This document shows, piece after piece, positions 1 to 15,530 of a stretch of 64,000 bases of DNA. The DNA comes from Trichoplax adhaerens (Eukaryota; Animalia; Placozoa), in contig NW_002060962.1 in the NCBI RefSeq assembly GCF_000150275.1, positions 124,001-188,000 of the forward strand, given 5' to 3'. Below the pieces are notes generated by a model. It was not told the DNA's origin. It saw nothing but the letters and a program-made list of their open reading frames with translations, and did not search any database. Made by a program: the position numbers and the translations under genes. How positions within the stretch are numbered: the stretch's first letter is position 1; every line of letters starts with the position of its first letter.

Positions 1-19
1 TAATTTTATTTCAATAATG

Positions 20-420
20 CTCGTATTTTTATTATTTAAGTTCTAGACAAGTAAGTAGAATACTATCAAAAGATGACGATGAGTTCCCGCACCATATATT
101 AAATATAGAATGCCATCCGCTAAATATTTATATTAATTTTCTTTTATTAATTTATTATTCTTATTTTAAGAATTCCAGAAAAGCAAGTAGAAGGATATCA
201 AAAGTGACAATGAATTGTCATATATAAATTAATGAATGCTTATTTTCTTTATTATATTTTGACATTGACTTTATTTCACTACTATAGTATTCTTGTTGTA
301 CGAATTTTAAACGGGCAAATGGAAAACTATCAAAAAGTAACAATGAATTACTGTATCGTATATAAAATATTTATTGCTTATATTCTTCTTTGTAGTATCG
401 TTATGATCGCGAAATAACTA
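20..420. repeat. Degenerate ~132-bp tandem repeat, about 3 units
   Basis: A motif like ttcYagaMaag..agtagaa..tatcaaaag.gac.atga recurs at ~41, ~173 and ~306. Confidence 0.55.
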
Positions 421-585
421 TTAAGCATTAACTTTAATTCGATTTAATTCGTAAGATATTGTATATCAGCAATATAAAATCTTGTTATGTTAAATTAAGC
501 GAACTTATTATCAAGTAATACTACCATAACATCGATAAGAGATGGTTAAAGCTTTTGCACTCATTCCATCTGCTATGTATTCATG

Positions 586-3500
586 TTAACAACTACTTGA
601 CTCACCGTAACAGCCATACATCAAATTGATCTGGGTATAATCTAGAAAGCTACCACCAGTACGTTGGCCGAGACTTGCAGTTGAAACATTTGGATTTATT
701 ACTGTAGACACACCATCGGTGCTATAGTCAATTTTGCCATAGTGCATAACGGATTGATAGTCATATTCAATTCCAAATGGGTCTGCATGTTGATTAGCAT
801 GTATATCAAAGTGGACTAAATTGGCTAAAGAAGCAATAAATGATCAAAATGGTGAATGAAATTGCATATCATGAGCTAATATTCCTGTGTTAACTGCATA
901 AGCTCTATGAAACGCGAACTACTGTTCTAAAATGCATTCCTAATTTTAATTTAGTAAAGTTATGGTATCGTCAAATTCTCTTTCTTTATACTAAAAAATA
1001 TGGTCTATTCGATTAATTGTATCGCATAGGAGACGAAAATTACTATAGTACTATGGGGTCTTTATTTCAGTAACCGTGGATTAAACTTAATTATGATGCA
1101 ATCTTTGAGAAATACTTTGCTCCACATTCGCGTTATGTTAGAATAAGCACACTATAACGTAAAATGGAAGTAATTATAATTTCCGTATGATTTATCATTA
1201 ATACGATATTCCAAGATTAAATTTAGTACATACTTTATGATTATTTATATAGTACTAGAAGAAAATCATCTCAGAATATAACATAAATAATCCATATTTC
1301 CATATTCTTTATTATGCTTAAGATTTCAGGGTTTTTTAATAATGCATATTTTATGCTGTAGTCACATTATGCTAGACGAAAATCATCTCATAACGTAAAA
1401 TGAAAATAATGCCAACTCCCGCACTGTTTATCATACTTGAAGATTCCAAGACTTAATGTATATTTTCCATTTATATTGCGTTAGAAAGGACTTATACGCA
1501 ATATAGAATACAAATAATTTTAATTTCTGCCCGTTATATTTACAGATCTACTATCAATAGGTATCGTTGCTGATAAATTATCGTTAAAAATAATTTATAT
1601 GAATTCGGTAACAAGATTGCAAAGTGAGAAAATCACATTACTAATATATTCAACTTACTTGAATCTACTTTGGTAGTATCAACTGATACATAAGAATTGC
1701 GGTCTAATCGAGAATGAGTATGGTGCAATCCCAAAGCGTGGAAGAGCTCGTGAATGATAATTCCTTCGGTGTCGACACAAAAATTATCTAACGACAACAG
1801 TTGTGCTCCACCATGTTTTCCGATAGATGATGAACATCTAAAAACAGATCAAATTAATTTAAGGAATAAGGAAAGGGAACTAATACAAGGAAGAAAACAC
1901 CTTGATTGAATGCTACAGTGGTGAATTTCCTTTTATCACTAGAGAGTTAATTTATTGTAAAAAATTGATAGCGGCACCGATACTAATTCGCACAGTTATA
2001 TAATTTACCCAGTAAGAGATCCGATGGATAAGTAATCGACATCGCTACTTAGTTTAGTTGCAAAAGTCAAGCAAGTTTTTGACTCGATTGTATCCATAGC
2101 ATTTCGGACTTTAGTTTGGCTTGCAGTTGCTATAATCAATCAAATATGCAATGAGAATTCATCAGTAATATATCGAGATATCAATTTATTATTTTATATT
2201 ATGTGGGCATACACGAGTGTGTCTTGTACTATGAACGCATATAAATTATATGGTAACCAGAACTAAATATATTATAAATCTACTCGTCCTGTACGATATA
2301 TTTACTGTTATTCTATTCCATTTGCGGTTTATACCGTAACGATTTACAGATCTATACAATATGTTATATAATTTATGAGTCTAGCACCGTAAGGATTTTG
2401 ATCGTATGCTACTAAGATATACGATCTTGCGTCATTTACATCAACTTAACGGTTCCGATAACTAATTAAGAATTCAATGTCGGTAACGTTTGAATTATCG
2501 ACCGGAATATTTTTATATCTGCTTATAGGATTAAGATTATTTGATAGCAGAGAAATATCTTCATTATAAATTCAATTAAAAACAGACAATTTAGTATGAA
2601 AAAATATCCAAATTCGAGGCTTAATTATGCTAAAAGAAACTGCCGTCGTATATATTATCAAGACGAATATCCGAACTAGTAAAGCAGATATACCAGATGT
2701 TCAATAAATAGATACAAGTATTCATAGTCAACAGGATTAAATTTATTGGTTAACAGAGCATAAGATAGTTCGTCATTAAAGGCATTAAAAGAAAATATTC
2801 TGCTAGGTATCAGTAATTCATTGAAATAGAAAGATAACCTATATTTGTACTTCGTAAGTACCTACATGATTGGCTAAAGTAGAGATAGATCCTAGCTATT
2901 GCACTTACGGTATCCTGTTACGAACTTATATGGTATTGTTGAGCCCCATAGATTTCCAGCAATTCCAAATGTACCTAAGCTGCGCTTCTTCCTAGTTCCC
3001 ATCATTACGGTATCAGGAACCAAGATATCTCCTTCAATAACATTATTTAGCACTTGTCTCTCTATAAAGGGTTAAACATAATAAGTAACAAGTAAATTGA
3101 GTTGATTTACTACTGAAAAACAGTTTTTATGCTGATTAGCTAAATATAAATGTAATTAGTCTGCAGTTCCTTCCAGGCGCATCTTATTGTTTAGGTTAAA
3201 ATTGACGATATAGAAAATGTTGATTCTCTCAATTACTTCTGCTTATAAGGAAATTGAGCTTCAACAGTTATTATAATTATTATACTTTTAAATGTTACCT
3301 GAATTCCCTTCATATATGTTAGCCATAGCAGGGGCTAGAGGATCTAAGATAGGTGGTTGTGGTTCATCATAAGTAGAATGCACCATGTATCTATAGCCCG
3401 GATTAGTACTGTACATAAAGTGGTTATAGGGTATGAATTCCCCAGACTGAACTTGCTGAGCTATATTAGCTTGCATAACAAGCTCCAAAGCAAATAAATA

Positions 3501-3680
3501 ATAAACACTCATTTTGCTGGATATTCCATGGGCGGATATAATATTTGCCATATTTGATGCATCAAGAAAAAGAGGTTGAATTACACTTGGATTATTTTTT
3601 TTAAGGCTTTTTTTGGCGTAAGTTAATGCAACAAGGACCAAAATGCCGATGGCAATCCTCCAACATGATTTTATACGCAT
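586..3680 (-). CDS. Astacin-family (M12A) secreted zinc metalloprotease, about 5 exons
   Basis: Exons ~3299-3680 (signal peptide MRIKSCWRIAIGILVLVALTYA plus propeptide), 2909-3061 (IEGDI pro-motif, RKKR furin site, LWGSTIPY), ~2009-2130 (TCLTF), ~1660-1838 (CSSSIG...HELFHALGLHHTHSRLDR zinc motif) and ~586-826 (YDYQSVMHY Met-turn, LGQR, INLMYGC). The 3' end could instead splice at a GTGAG donor near 605. Confidence 0.9.
1130..1530. repeat. Degenerate ~115-bp tandem repeat in an astacin intron
   Basis: Recurring aacgtaaaatg.aa.taat, aaaatcatctca and attccaaga blocks at ~115-bp spacing. Confidence 0.45.
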
Positions 3681-5299
3681 TATGAAATTGATTTATGAAA
3701 TTATTCTTCGGATCAGAGTAGACTTACTGAGGATTACTTTGCAAACGCAGCAGCTTTCACTTTATAACTAATAATCTTACGAGAACCAGATCGGGGGAAG
3801 CGATTATTAGACGGGTATAATCTTATTGCCAGTCTAAGGTACGTAAAATCATTCGTTTGATTCACTTTCTATTTTATCTCTGATATGACTAACTGAACAC
3901 AATTGAAATATTATATAGTAGCTTTGAGCTCCAGTAAAACTTAATTATTTATTTTGCTATAGTATTGGAATGGTTAAATTTCATAAATATATAAGTTACA
4001 GGAAATTACAGTCACAGATTCCATGAATAATTCTATTTAACTATAGGTATTAAACAGCTCCAGACTTGAGGAAGAAAGAATAGATTCTATGTGAAAATAG
4101 CTAAAAATATTCGCCAATTACTAATTAAAAATAAATATCGCAGGTGCATCACTTACTCTATTGCTTATACTCTATTATGGTCGTGGCAATAACAGGATTT
4201 TCACACGTTCATTTATTTATACTAATGCAGTCTAATAGTAGCTGTCATTTGATTACGTATTTTTTTTTACGTTTATGCTAGGCCATAAATAACTTTCTAT
4301 GACTTTAAAATATAATTAATGACATAGACACCAAGATTAAATTGATGGACCTTGTTAGAAAATCATTATCGCTAGCATAAGGTTTATTATTTTCGAGATA
4401 GTAATGAAATTCGAATTCATTTTTGAGTATTTTAAATGGTTATATGATAGTTTAGACTAGGCGGCATGCAATAGCGATAGATAGGTAATTTACGGTATAT
4501 TCCACGGCAATATTTTTTGGTAGCTTGATCTCTCGATATATAGAATTAGTAAGACTTGAGCTACGTATTTGCCAGGACATATTTTTATAAGTAATGAATA
4601 TTTTATGTCTTTATTGATAAATATTTCTAAAGATTTTTATCTCATATTTCAATTTGAGACTTATTGGTATTATCTAGCTTTTAAAATAGCTCTCTCGTTT
4701 AATATAAGTTTCATCTATGAAAATTCTACATTTCCAAGTTGAATTGTACATGTTTTAGTTCATAAATATAAAGCACAGATTAAAAATAACGATAAATACT
4801 GGAATGAAATCTAACTGCAATAGAGCTTATAGTGAGTACTAATCAAGGATGAATAAATATACGACATCTATTTCCTTAACTAATTTAAAAATGATTTCAG
4901 ATGACTAGCATTCTTTCGTCGGTCATACCATATATTAATATCAAAACCAAAATCAAGTTTTGACGATTAATATAATATACTAAATTGAGTAACTATAAAT
5001 GGAATTATACAGCTTATAATAATCATCTTCATATTAATCGCTATTGGATGCAGATTATGACGTAGTTGGATTATTTATTAACGAAGATATTACGGATTCG
5101 ATGGTAAAGTTTAGTGCAACATCCGAAATAGTTAATAAACCGTAACATCAAATATTTTTTGTTAATACTACGAAGTGTTTACTATATTGAGGTCTAATAT
5201 AGTGTAATTATTGATATTTTATTTTTAGGATCATTTACTTAATTAGTAAATACATTTTATTACTATTTGTCCTCAATTTTCGGAAAGGTATTTAATTGA

Positions 5300-6900
5300 T
5301 TTATTAGTATAAATAGGCGGATTTGGTGGTAGCGAGTAAACAAACTCTGATAATCAACAATAATGCATAAACGCATTATTGCCTCAATAATTAACATATC
5401 CCAGAATTGTAATAAGAATTGAGACTTCCGTAAGTGATATTGAGAAAACTAAGGAGGTCATGAATTACGCGACAATACTAGCTAAATTGGAAGAATTTGC
5501 CCTGTTGTCGATCTTAATAGGCATAGAAAAATCTTTGATTAAAACTATTGTAAACATGCATATATTGCACTAGATTTAATTATATATACGCGTATGACTA
5601 TATATTATGTTGAAAGTCATAGAGAGTCGATCTATACTTTAGACAAAAGTTATGATATCATTTCACGCATGTCTGGGTAATGCATATTAAATCAAACTAT
5701 CGATTTCCATTCATTAAAGTCATTTCCTAGATCAACATTGTACTATACGTGATAGAAGGCTAGCAGTTACTTCTATTAGGACATACGAGTACTGTAGATA
5801 GATGCAGTATTTGTGTAATTTAATACCCCTTTAGCAATCCCATAGGAATTAAGAAAAATCACCCAGAATATCGTGTTTATCACTCTACTAAGCATTTATG
5901 GTAAGAACTGAGGTGATCCACGGGTATGCCAATAATCTTTAATATCGCTATAACGAAAACAATGTTATTGGAATTTTTCAATGTATTCGATATTGACATT
6001 ATCATTATATTTAATAATGAGCAATTGGGCTTAATTGCCGTTTAGACAAATGGTGTAAGCGCTTCGGATATTAACTAGTACACGGGTTTAGTTTATTTAT
6101 AAGAGAGTATCCCTTTTAATTAAACAATACATGTGGCTCTTACTGTTCTGCATGTTAGTTGCCACTAGAAAATCTTTGATATTTAATGCCGATTCATCGG
6201 AATTTATGGTCTGGATGATGTACAAATGGTTACATCGACTTACACAGTGGTGTAAGGATATACAAGGTGGGCTCGCAAATGATAACGGAATTGACATAGA
6301 GCGTTGGGCTGAATCATGACGTCTAACATTGCTGTTTTCTCCTTAACATTTGTTAAAGTAGCTATATTTTTTGCCGTTTTAAGTCTTGAAGTGGCTAAAG
6401 TTTCATAAGAATAAATAATTACTTTAAAATTGACCCAATCATTAATTAAAATTTTATAGTTAGCTGAGTAGCAATGCTGGCGTATTAAATTATCATCTCC
6501 AAGTTTTAGGTATATTAGATTTTGAACTGTGTATAGTGTGTAATTCATAATCAGCGCTACCGCTGATATAGAATAGTTATAGTAACATGATGGCATAATT
6601 ATTGAAACTAATACTTTTAATTATTAATTAGATAAATGTTGAATGCAACCATCTATATTTTAGTGATATTAATACAGTATAGGAAATACACGCTAATTTG
6701 TTATCTTAGATTTATTTGGATTATTAACATCAGATTCTTGGATAACCCTAATTTTTGACCATTATTTTTGATATGAATTATCCGTTATTTCGGTGATTCA
6801 TTACTTATAGCAATAACTTAAATATACATAACGATATGTGAATTTCCAAAGGTCGGAATATGTTTTTACAGTGACCATAGGCATTTTTGACTGACAGAAG
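5300..6900 (+). pseudogene. Heavily decayed TPR-repeat (kinesin-light-chain-like TPR) gene remnant
   Basis: Stop- and frameshift-ridden fragments EKSL, KNHPE, NIV...YGK...CQ*SL, RKSL...IYGLDDVQMVTSTY...DIQG and FGD..IA.T resemble the KSL.I...G.NHP.iA.sY.nig.vy..QG repeat. Confidence 0.35.
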
Positions 6901-7289
6901 AGAAGAATAATAAAGATGCTAGATTACAAGTCGTGTCGATAGAAATCATAATTTCGACACTATAGAAAGATAGTTAATTTAGGTTTTCGCTCTCTTGGTT
7001 TTACAATAGTCGAAGGCAGATATAATTAAATATGGATAGAGTTTAACTAAAGGATTACTACAGTGTCATCTTGATAGAGTCAGACGGTCAACATCTGTGT
7101 AAACTTGGTATGACTTTCTAATTTGATATATACGAGTAATATCGGACAGTCACTAAAATACGGGTGTGTTCAACTTAGATACTAAACAATAGCCAACAGG
7201 AATTCTTCTCTGCAGCCAAAAAAGTAACGTAATACTTAAATTTTTAACTAAAACGTTAAAAAAATGTCTAATCTTCTAAACATCGTTAG

Positions 7290-9686
7290 TTATTTCTTTC
7301 CATGCGACATTGCTTTTTTGATAAGATTCATTCTCTATGGTGAAAGAAATAATGACAGTAAGCTCAGGCTGCGAAACAAGCGTGATACCGCGATGCTCAG
7401 GGACATTACCTGTTTATGAGCTTCAGTAGAAATCAATTTCTTATATGGACGTACTTCATCACATCCCATGCCTGGTATCCACATATTCCATTTATGTTCT
7501 ATAAAATGAATGAGATTTATCTTTTGCGGTTCAAGAAAAGCGTTTCATAGGATATGCAGTACTAGATAATATCGGATAAATCCAAACCTAAATGCAGCAT
7601 GACATCTTTAACTTCTAACGTATTGGATTTGCGATGCTTAGCGAGAGAGCAAGATCCGCTAACAACGCTTTCGATGAAATCATCAGCTAATTGCAATAAA
7701 TGCTAAAAATATTAAGAATGATATCAATTATTATTTTGTACGTTACGTCGTTTGAGTATGATCAATGCCAAGTATATGTGGTTTAAGTGAGCATTTTCGT
7801 GTAAGATTTTGCACAAAGGTAAAACTACCTCTTCTACATCTTCATCTAATTGCTGGAGAGGATCAACTTCAAGAACAAGTTCTTGCAATCTAGCTTTGGT
7901 TAAGACCTAACGAAGGAGAATTGTTATGATAGGATTTGATCTTCGTTAGCACCTTGTTTCTAGATATAATTATTTGATAAAATGTTAGTTACCTCCTTTG
8001 CTTGAGTGTTGATTGGATCTTTTGCTGATATTAAATGTTAAATAAAAAGCAATATCGTTCAATAAATAAAATAGTGTTTATCAAGAGATACGTAGTTTGA
8101 TTAAAGGCCATTAGAGTGTCTTAAGTTTTTACTCTTCTAAGTTAGTAGTCAATATCTAGTATGATATAATGTGCATTGCTATAATTTAGCAAAATGATAA
8201 ATCAATCATTACTTGTAGTGCCATTAGTAGCTGAAAGATTAGTATTGGATTGTACGCTTTTTAAATTAGTTGCTGATACTGATTGATTCTTGAGAAATAC
8301 TGTAGGACTAGCAGGTACACTACTATCGGAAGGTGATAATAGGGAGGATGATAGCTTTGTGCTAGCCACCATCGGCTGTTGTGATTGCTTTTTTGATTGT
8401 AAATGTTGCTGAGACTGAAGCATTGGAGATTTCGGCTGTATGGCAGGATTAGTACCAACCATGACCGTGGAAGGGGTGGTCATAGCAGCTGCAATTGTAT
8501 GTGGCGAGACCGATGACGGTAATGGAGCGATTGGTTTATGCTATAATAAAATATAAGATTGATAGTTTAATTCTACATCGTCGTTTACCCATTAATAAGT
8601 CTTTATCATACACTAGCTTGTGTTAACAATCCATATTCTGGGGAACCGACAGTAAACATCTAGTAGATCGGGCATGATACATATTAAGGTTTCATGATTT
8701 CGTTGATGTTATCAACATGATTAATAGCTATTAGACTAGATAATCTTCATTTGATGGATCATCCATGACAGCACATTAAAGTATAGCCCTACTTTGACTA
8801 CATTTGATACGTATTAATACACCTTTTCTATTACTACTTTGGACACGTATTAAGGTTTTCCTGATTTCGTTGACGTTATCAATATGATTTACAGACTAAA
8901 TTAGGCAATCTTCATTGTCTGATGAACTTGCTTTGATAATACTGTAGAGTGGCCTATAGCTCTACAATTATTACCGTTAGTTCTGATTTAGTAAAGTTTG
9001 TCAATATATTAATATGCATCGATTGGACTAGACAATCTTCATCATTTGGCGGATCTAGTACACTATTATATTGAAGTGTATCTATACTTTTACTGCTATT
9101 CGTTCTATAATCTGATTTTACTGATGCTATCGATATGATTAATCTGTAGATTGGGACTAGGCAGTCGTCACTGTGTGCAGGATTTTCTAAGATAATACAT
9201 TGATTGCATTCGTTGTGATCCTGTTAAGGTTGCTAATACTATTATTAACACGCGTAGATTTGACAAGACAATCATTATCAATCTGACGGAATTTCTAAAA
9301 TAATAATACAGTAAATTACAGCTGTGCTTTTACTGCTGTTCGTTGCATAGTCTGATTTCAATGACGTTATTAACATTGACTAGTCGATTGGACTAGACAA
9401 TTTTTCATCGTCTGGTAGATCTTGCACGATGCTCCATTGAACTATACAGTAGGTTTATTTTTACTGCTGTTCGTTTTAGCCTGATTTGGCTGACGTGAAT
9501 CGGTATTATTAATACATTGGACAACAGCCTATTCATCGTCTAATACATCGTTGATGATATTACATTGACTTCTAGTTCCATGTTTACTCCTATTAGTACT
9601 ATAGTCCAAAAGGACATCAGTTAATTACTACCGCAATGCATTGGTTGATTCTTCTTCTCCCTTACCTGTGACTGCTTGTTGTCCAT
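7290..9686 (-). CDS. TAF12: TFIID subunit 12 (histone fold), about 7 coding exons
   Basis: Exons 9666-9686 (MDNKQSQ), ~8213-8541, ~7993-8024, 7829-7906 ([26 protein letters not shown]), ~7588-7702 ([13 protein letters not shown]...[19 protein letters not shown]), ~7410-7498 ([18 protein letters not shown]...TEAHKQ) and 7290-7334 (RMNLIKK...GKK*). Confidence 0.95.
8660..9610. repeat. Degenerate ~120-128-bp tandem repeat filling the first coding intron of TAF12
   Basis: ctgatttc.ttgacgttatcaa...gactagacaatcttcatc recurs at ~8695, 8861, 8984, 9112, 9353 and 9481. Confidence 0.7.
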
Positions 9687-10654
9687 CGTCTTGGCAGATG
9701 ATTATCCACTAAATCTACAATCCAGTAAGGATAAGAGAAATTCATTTTTATCGATTAACAACAACTCTATTCCATTCAATTCGACAAGATAATTTTGCAA
9801 TAGTCTATTGCTAAGATTGCAGCGCTTGCACTCTTGAATAAAATGGAGCCATTTTACTTTCTTCTTAGCAGCAATTTTTACTCATTCTACCATGACACTA
9901 TCACCTCCAGTACACTTTATGCATAGGGTACATCAGCATGGGATACCATGTTGAATAAGGCTCACCTAGCTTGGAAGTGATCAATCTATCGTCTTCAACT
10001 GTAGCTTTGATTGGCAGAAAATGGAACTATCTCGTATTTGAAAGCTTGAAAATGGATCAACGATAGCGATGATGGCAGTTAATGACAACTAGATATCCAT
10101 CATGTCTGGCCAGGTAGGCAATGGAGAGAAGAAGGGGAAAGCAATTTGATTGTATAGTGTATGGAACCGGTCCGACAACTTTAAGGCTATAGTATAGAGT
10201 AGAGAGTGAAAAGAGGAATGAAATACAATAGTATCCAAGACCCACTCTGGATGCTGGATGTCGACTCGTCCGTCCAGTCGAGGTCTTGGGTAGACGCTGG
10301 ATCATAGACAGACAGACAGTAGGCTAGTGTCGCTTTGCCTAGGATATGACATTACTTTTGCGCAGGAATTTCGACTTTCAAGTCTATTGGCTTGGGAACA
10401 AGTCAAGTATTGTTCAGCGACAGGATAGCCTATCGAGCAAAAGGGATGTCGGTGTTGTAGGACAGATCATTGCTAATACTAAAATAGTATACCACAAGTA
10501 CTGTATAGAACAGTAGACTAGTGGTCATCCTGCGTACATCGACAGAGCATGCGTATGAATCGGCACTGGTGCTATGACTACCGTTTCAGCCAGCCGCTCA
10601 GCCTCCAGACACTACGGTAGTAGGAGACAGGCAGCACGTTTTCAGATACTTACC

Positions 10655-10756
10655 TATATCCAACGGGGTTGAGAGAGAAAATTAGCTGCAAAAAATTCAA
10701 GTTGCAACTCGAATTTAGACTCCAAGAAGAAGCAAAGCGAATAGATTAGAGAGAAA
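10655..10756. promoter_or_regulatory. Probable bidirectional promoter region TAF12/TRAPPC3
   Basis: Head-to-head genes. Minus-strand donor-like sites (AG|GTAAGT at ~10654, AG|GTGAG at ~9965) imply TAF12 5' UTR exons reaching to within ~100 bp of the TRAPPC3 ATG. Confidence 0.45.
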
Positions 10757-11977
<1,221 letters not shown>

Positions 11978-12859
11978 TAGGGTGGAGCTGTTTAGCCTTA
12001 TTGTTGTATTATTATTTCTTCAATTCTTATTTAATATACCATTACTGCATCCTTGTATTCGCATGCGTGTGCAAACACTCTATACAAGATTATACTGTTT
12101 ATGGGAAAATCTTTCACCTATAAGGAATGTAGACTTGTTACTGACTCATTTCTACCACCACTGTTAAATTACCTGAAAAAAATTTTTGTATTATATGATA
12201 TCACAGGTTGCTTTTATGGGCATTACTACAGTAGACGGTATCTTTGTTAACGGGTTCTATTTCATAGTTCCTTTAATTTAACATTGGAGTATACAGTATA
12301 GTCTTTATGTAAGTAATTTCATGGTTTGTTGTTAATTAATACTACTTATGATAATATCATTTATTGCTATAGTTAAATCCTATTAGTAATCTATCTTACA
12401 GCAATTAGCTGCTATAGTGGCATAAAAAAGTTAGTTATACTGTACGCATAAACATTGTGTACCTTTTCTCAATAATTTGATTGAGAACCAGATGTTTTCT
12501 CATGAAATTTTATGTTATAACTTTGTGATGCAATCAAAAGACATTTCTCATTGCGTTTTAAAAGTAGAATAGAATTTATTTTCTGATGATATTTTGCATA
12601 TTATAAATACGTGTATGATATTTTAGCTCAGTAATACAGTAATATACTTTGTTTATTATTCTAACAGAGCAAAATAGCTGTTGGGCTATGATAAATGTGA
12701 TAAGGATTAATTCCATGAAACAGTTCAGAGATTATCTAACGTAAAGTAATAAAAAATTAGCTATTTACATTGAATTACGCATAAAGAACCCTTCTGTACA
12801 CGATTATTTTTGATTTTAACTTATGATAAAGCAATGAAGGCATGATTGCTGCATATTGA

Positions 12860-15530
12860 TTAAGCATTAGATTTTTCATAATTTTCACTAGGCTTATGGG
12901 CTACGATAGCGTAGTTTACTTTAGTGTTGTCAAGCCACCCAGCATTATTTGTTAATGGATTGTAGAAAATTCCTCCAATAAAATCCACATTTAGTCCGCC
13001 TATAATTAGACAATAAAATACAAAGTATATTAATGTATGTGTGCTGGTAATATACCTCTATAGAGCGAGTAGTGAAGTGAAGTGTACTCTTCCTACATAC
13101 ACGTATACTTGTACGGCGACAAACGTAAATTAAAAGTGTTGAATAAAACAAGTAATTTAAAAGGATTTCTACAACCATGGACGACGCGACGCTAAAGTGC
13201 TATTTTCTTGATAGTACTCTATATAGCACCTTATTCTTTTATGTTATAGCTTTTACTTTACACATGTTACAGTTATTTTTTCGTAATACTATCAAGATAT
13301 GTATAACCTCTTACATGGACCGTGACATAACCATATACGTACTGTATATTTGCTGTTTATTTAAGTAAAGATTGTATAGATGAAACAAAATATTTTCTTG
13401 AGTTTTGATAATCACAATTGATTTAGAGATAACAGATTTGATAGGCTATACCTTCCTCTAGCTTTTTCGTTAGCTCCTTAGGAGTAATAAATTTCTTCCA
13501 ATCATGACTTCCAGCAGGTATGATTCTAGAAATATATTCGCCGCCAATTATCATTACCGCGTACGATAATGGTGTTCTATTTATGGTTGTAACAATGTGT
13601 TTTCCACCAGGCTGAAATGAGAATCATCGAAGTGGGTTAGTTATCTCATCTTTTCACTTTATGCATAAAATTAATTACTACAGTCATGGATTAATTAACG
13701 TAAAGTATTGAATTATATGATTTAAGATAACAAGAATAATAATAGCTGTCTATCGTCTACTTGCTAATGACTATTTTTGCACAATTTTGGAAAGTGTATT
13801 TTTAGTACTAAATTTAAGAGTACAGTATTATCTTTATTGTATACCTTTAGTGCCTAATTATTTGATCTAAAGTAGCAATAATAACGATTACATATCGTTT
13901 ACTGGTAAATTACTATTATTATACGAAATTTTGCTAGCTCGTATTCTTAATGCTAAATTCAGAGATATATTGGTTGGTTTCATTAAATTATTACAATACC
14001 TTTATCAACTGACAACAGCTAGATACGAATAAATCTACGTTATCAACGTGTTCAATCACTTCTGATGCAATTACAGCATCGAATGATTGTGCGTTTTCTG
14101 TCGTTGTTAGTTGCTCGATTGTTGTACACTGATAAGAAACATTAGCAGCTACTCGATCGCATTTTGAAGCGTGTGCTTTAGCCACATTAATAATTTCAGA
14201 AGAGGCATCAATACCTGTAACTTGGGCTCCAAGTCGTGCTAAAGGCTTGAGATATGGCAAAAATTACAATTAACATTGCCAATAAAATATTGTAACGCAT
14301 TATTTTAACTAAATAGAACATTCTAGGTCAGACTATGTGCTCAGTTAGTAAGAGATTGTAGTTAATGAAGAATATCTATTATAACATCTTTTATTGCACA
14401 ATATGGATTGCAGTCATGTAAGTACGAGTAGTTTTAATTTATTTATTACTATTCTGGTAAGATTAATAGTTACAGTATAATGAAATTCTACCTCGCATAG
14501 GATACCACCACCACATCCAACATCTAAGATTTTGTATCCACTCAATGGTCGAGGTTGATCAATTTTGTGAGACTTTTCATCTCCTAGCAAAGCATCTCTT
14601 ATAAGTGGAACACGAACCATATTCAATGCATGTAAAGGCATATTTTTATTATTCCACTGCCACCACTTGCTTGCAATATCAGAAAACTGTTTAATTTCCT
14701 CCTCATTGGCTGTTGAAGTGTTTGTGTTATGTCTTTGTGAGCTGATATTGACAGGAAATCGGAGTTTTCCTACATTTCTATCAAGATTTATAACAGCAGT
14801 TGCTGATTATCTGGGCAATTTACAAACGTGGTATTATTACTGCTAGATTAAGAATCTTCCATTGCAGTGTACTGATGCAGGATACGAGCATTAAAAGTGT
14901 ACAATCCGATAGGAGGTGTTGCACACTTTGGAAGATACTCCACCGTACTACTGTATCGTGATTGTATTGTCAGGTACGTGTACACGTACTGGCATTTCTC
15001 GTTTCTTTATTTGGATGTTTAACGTAATGGGCTAAAAGATGTTTCTGCTTTCAATTATCTACTGAACATCTGTACCTCTCATCCATTTCATTTTGATAAG
15101 AGGTAGTTATGACAACATGTTGATGATGTATTACCAGTAGGTAGAAATGCAGAAATTAGACATGAGTAACAAGACTAAGGGATTACGTCATACAAAATTT
15201 TGACACTCTTGATCTTCGTCGATAACCAATTACAAATTCTAGCTACTTTAGTGTATTATTAAGTGCATAGTATGAATAAATTGTGCTTTACTACTCATCA
15301 ACATCGCTATTGAGTTCGATATACGCGTACTTGTGTAGAACACAATCTACATATTGTGCAAATTTTTGTTCAGCTCGCAGATACGCATTACAGTAGATCG
15401 ATTCTTCCGTTGATTTGTATGTATGAGGGTTATATTCAATACTTTAAACTTACCTGCAAGCATATCCTAGGCGGTTTTTTTGCAAAATAGAATAAATTCT
15501 GCATCTACTTTCAGCAAAAAGAGATCCCAT
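12860..15530 (-). CDS. COQ3: Ubiquinone biosynthesis O-methyltransferase, mitochondrial
   Basis: Exons encode EIKQFSDIASKWW...PLHALNMVRVPLIRD...ILDVGCGGGILCE (14492-14770), PLARLGAQVTGIDAS...FDAVIASEVIEHV (~14000-14247), PGG..IVTTINRT..S...GGEYISRIIPAGSHDWKKFITP (~13452-13612) and FYNPL...VNYAIVA (12860-13000). The putative first exon MGSLFAESRCR is at 15454-15530; the small N-terminal exons are uncertain. Confidence 0.92.

Noticed and set aside
10646-10657. U1 snRNA 5' end (ATACTTACCT)
   Set aside because: No downstream U1 sequence or Sm site; better explained as a minus-strand splice donor.
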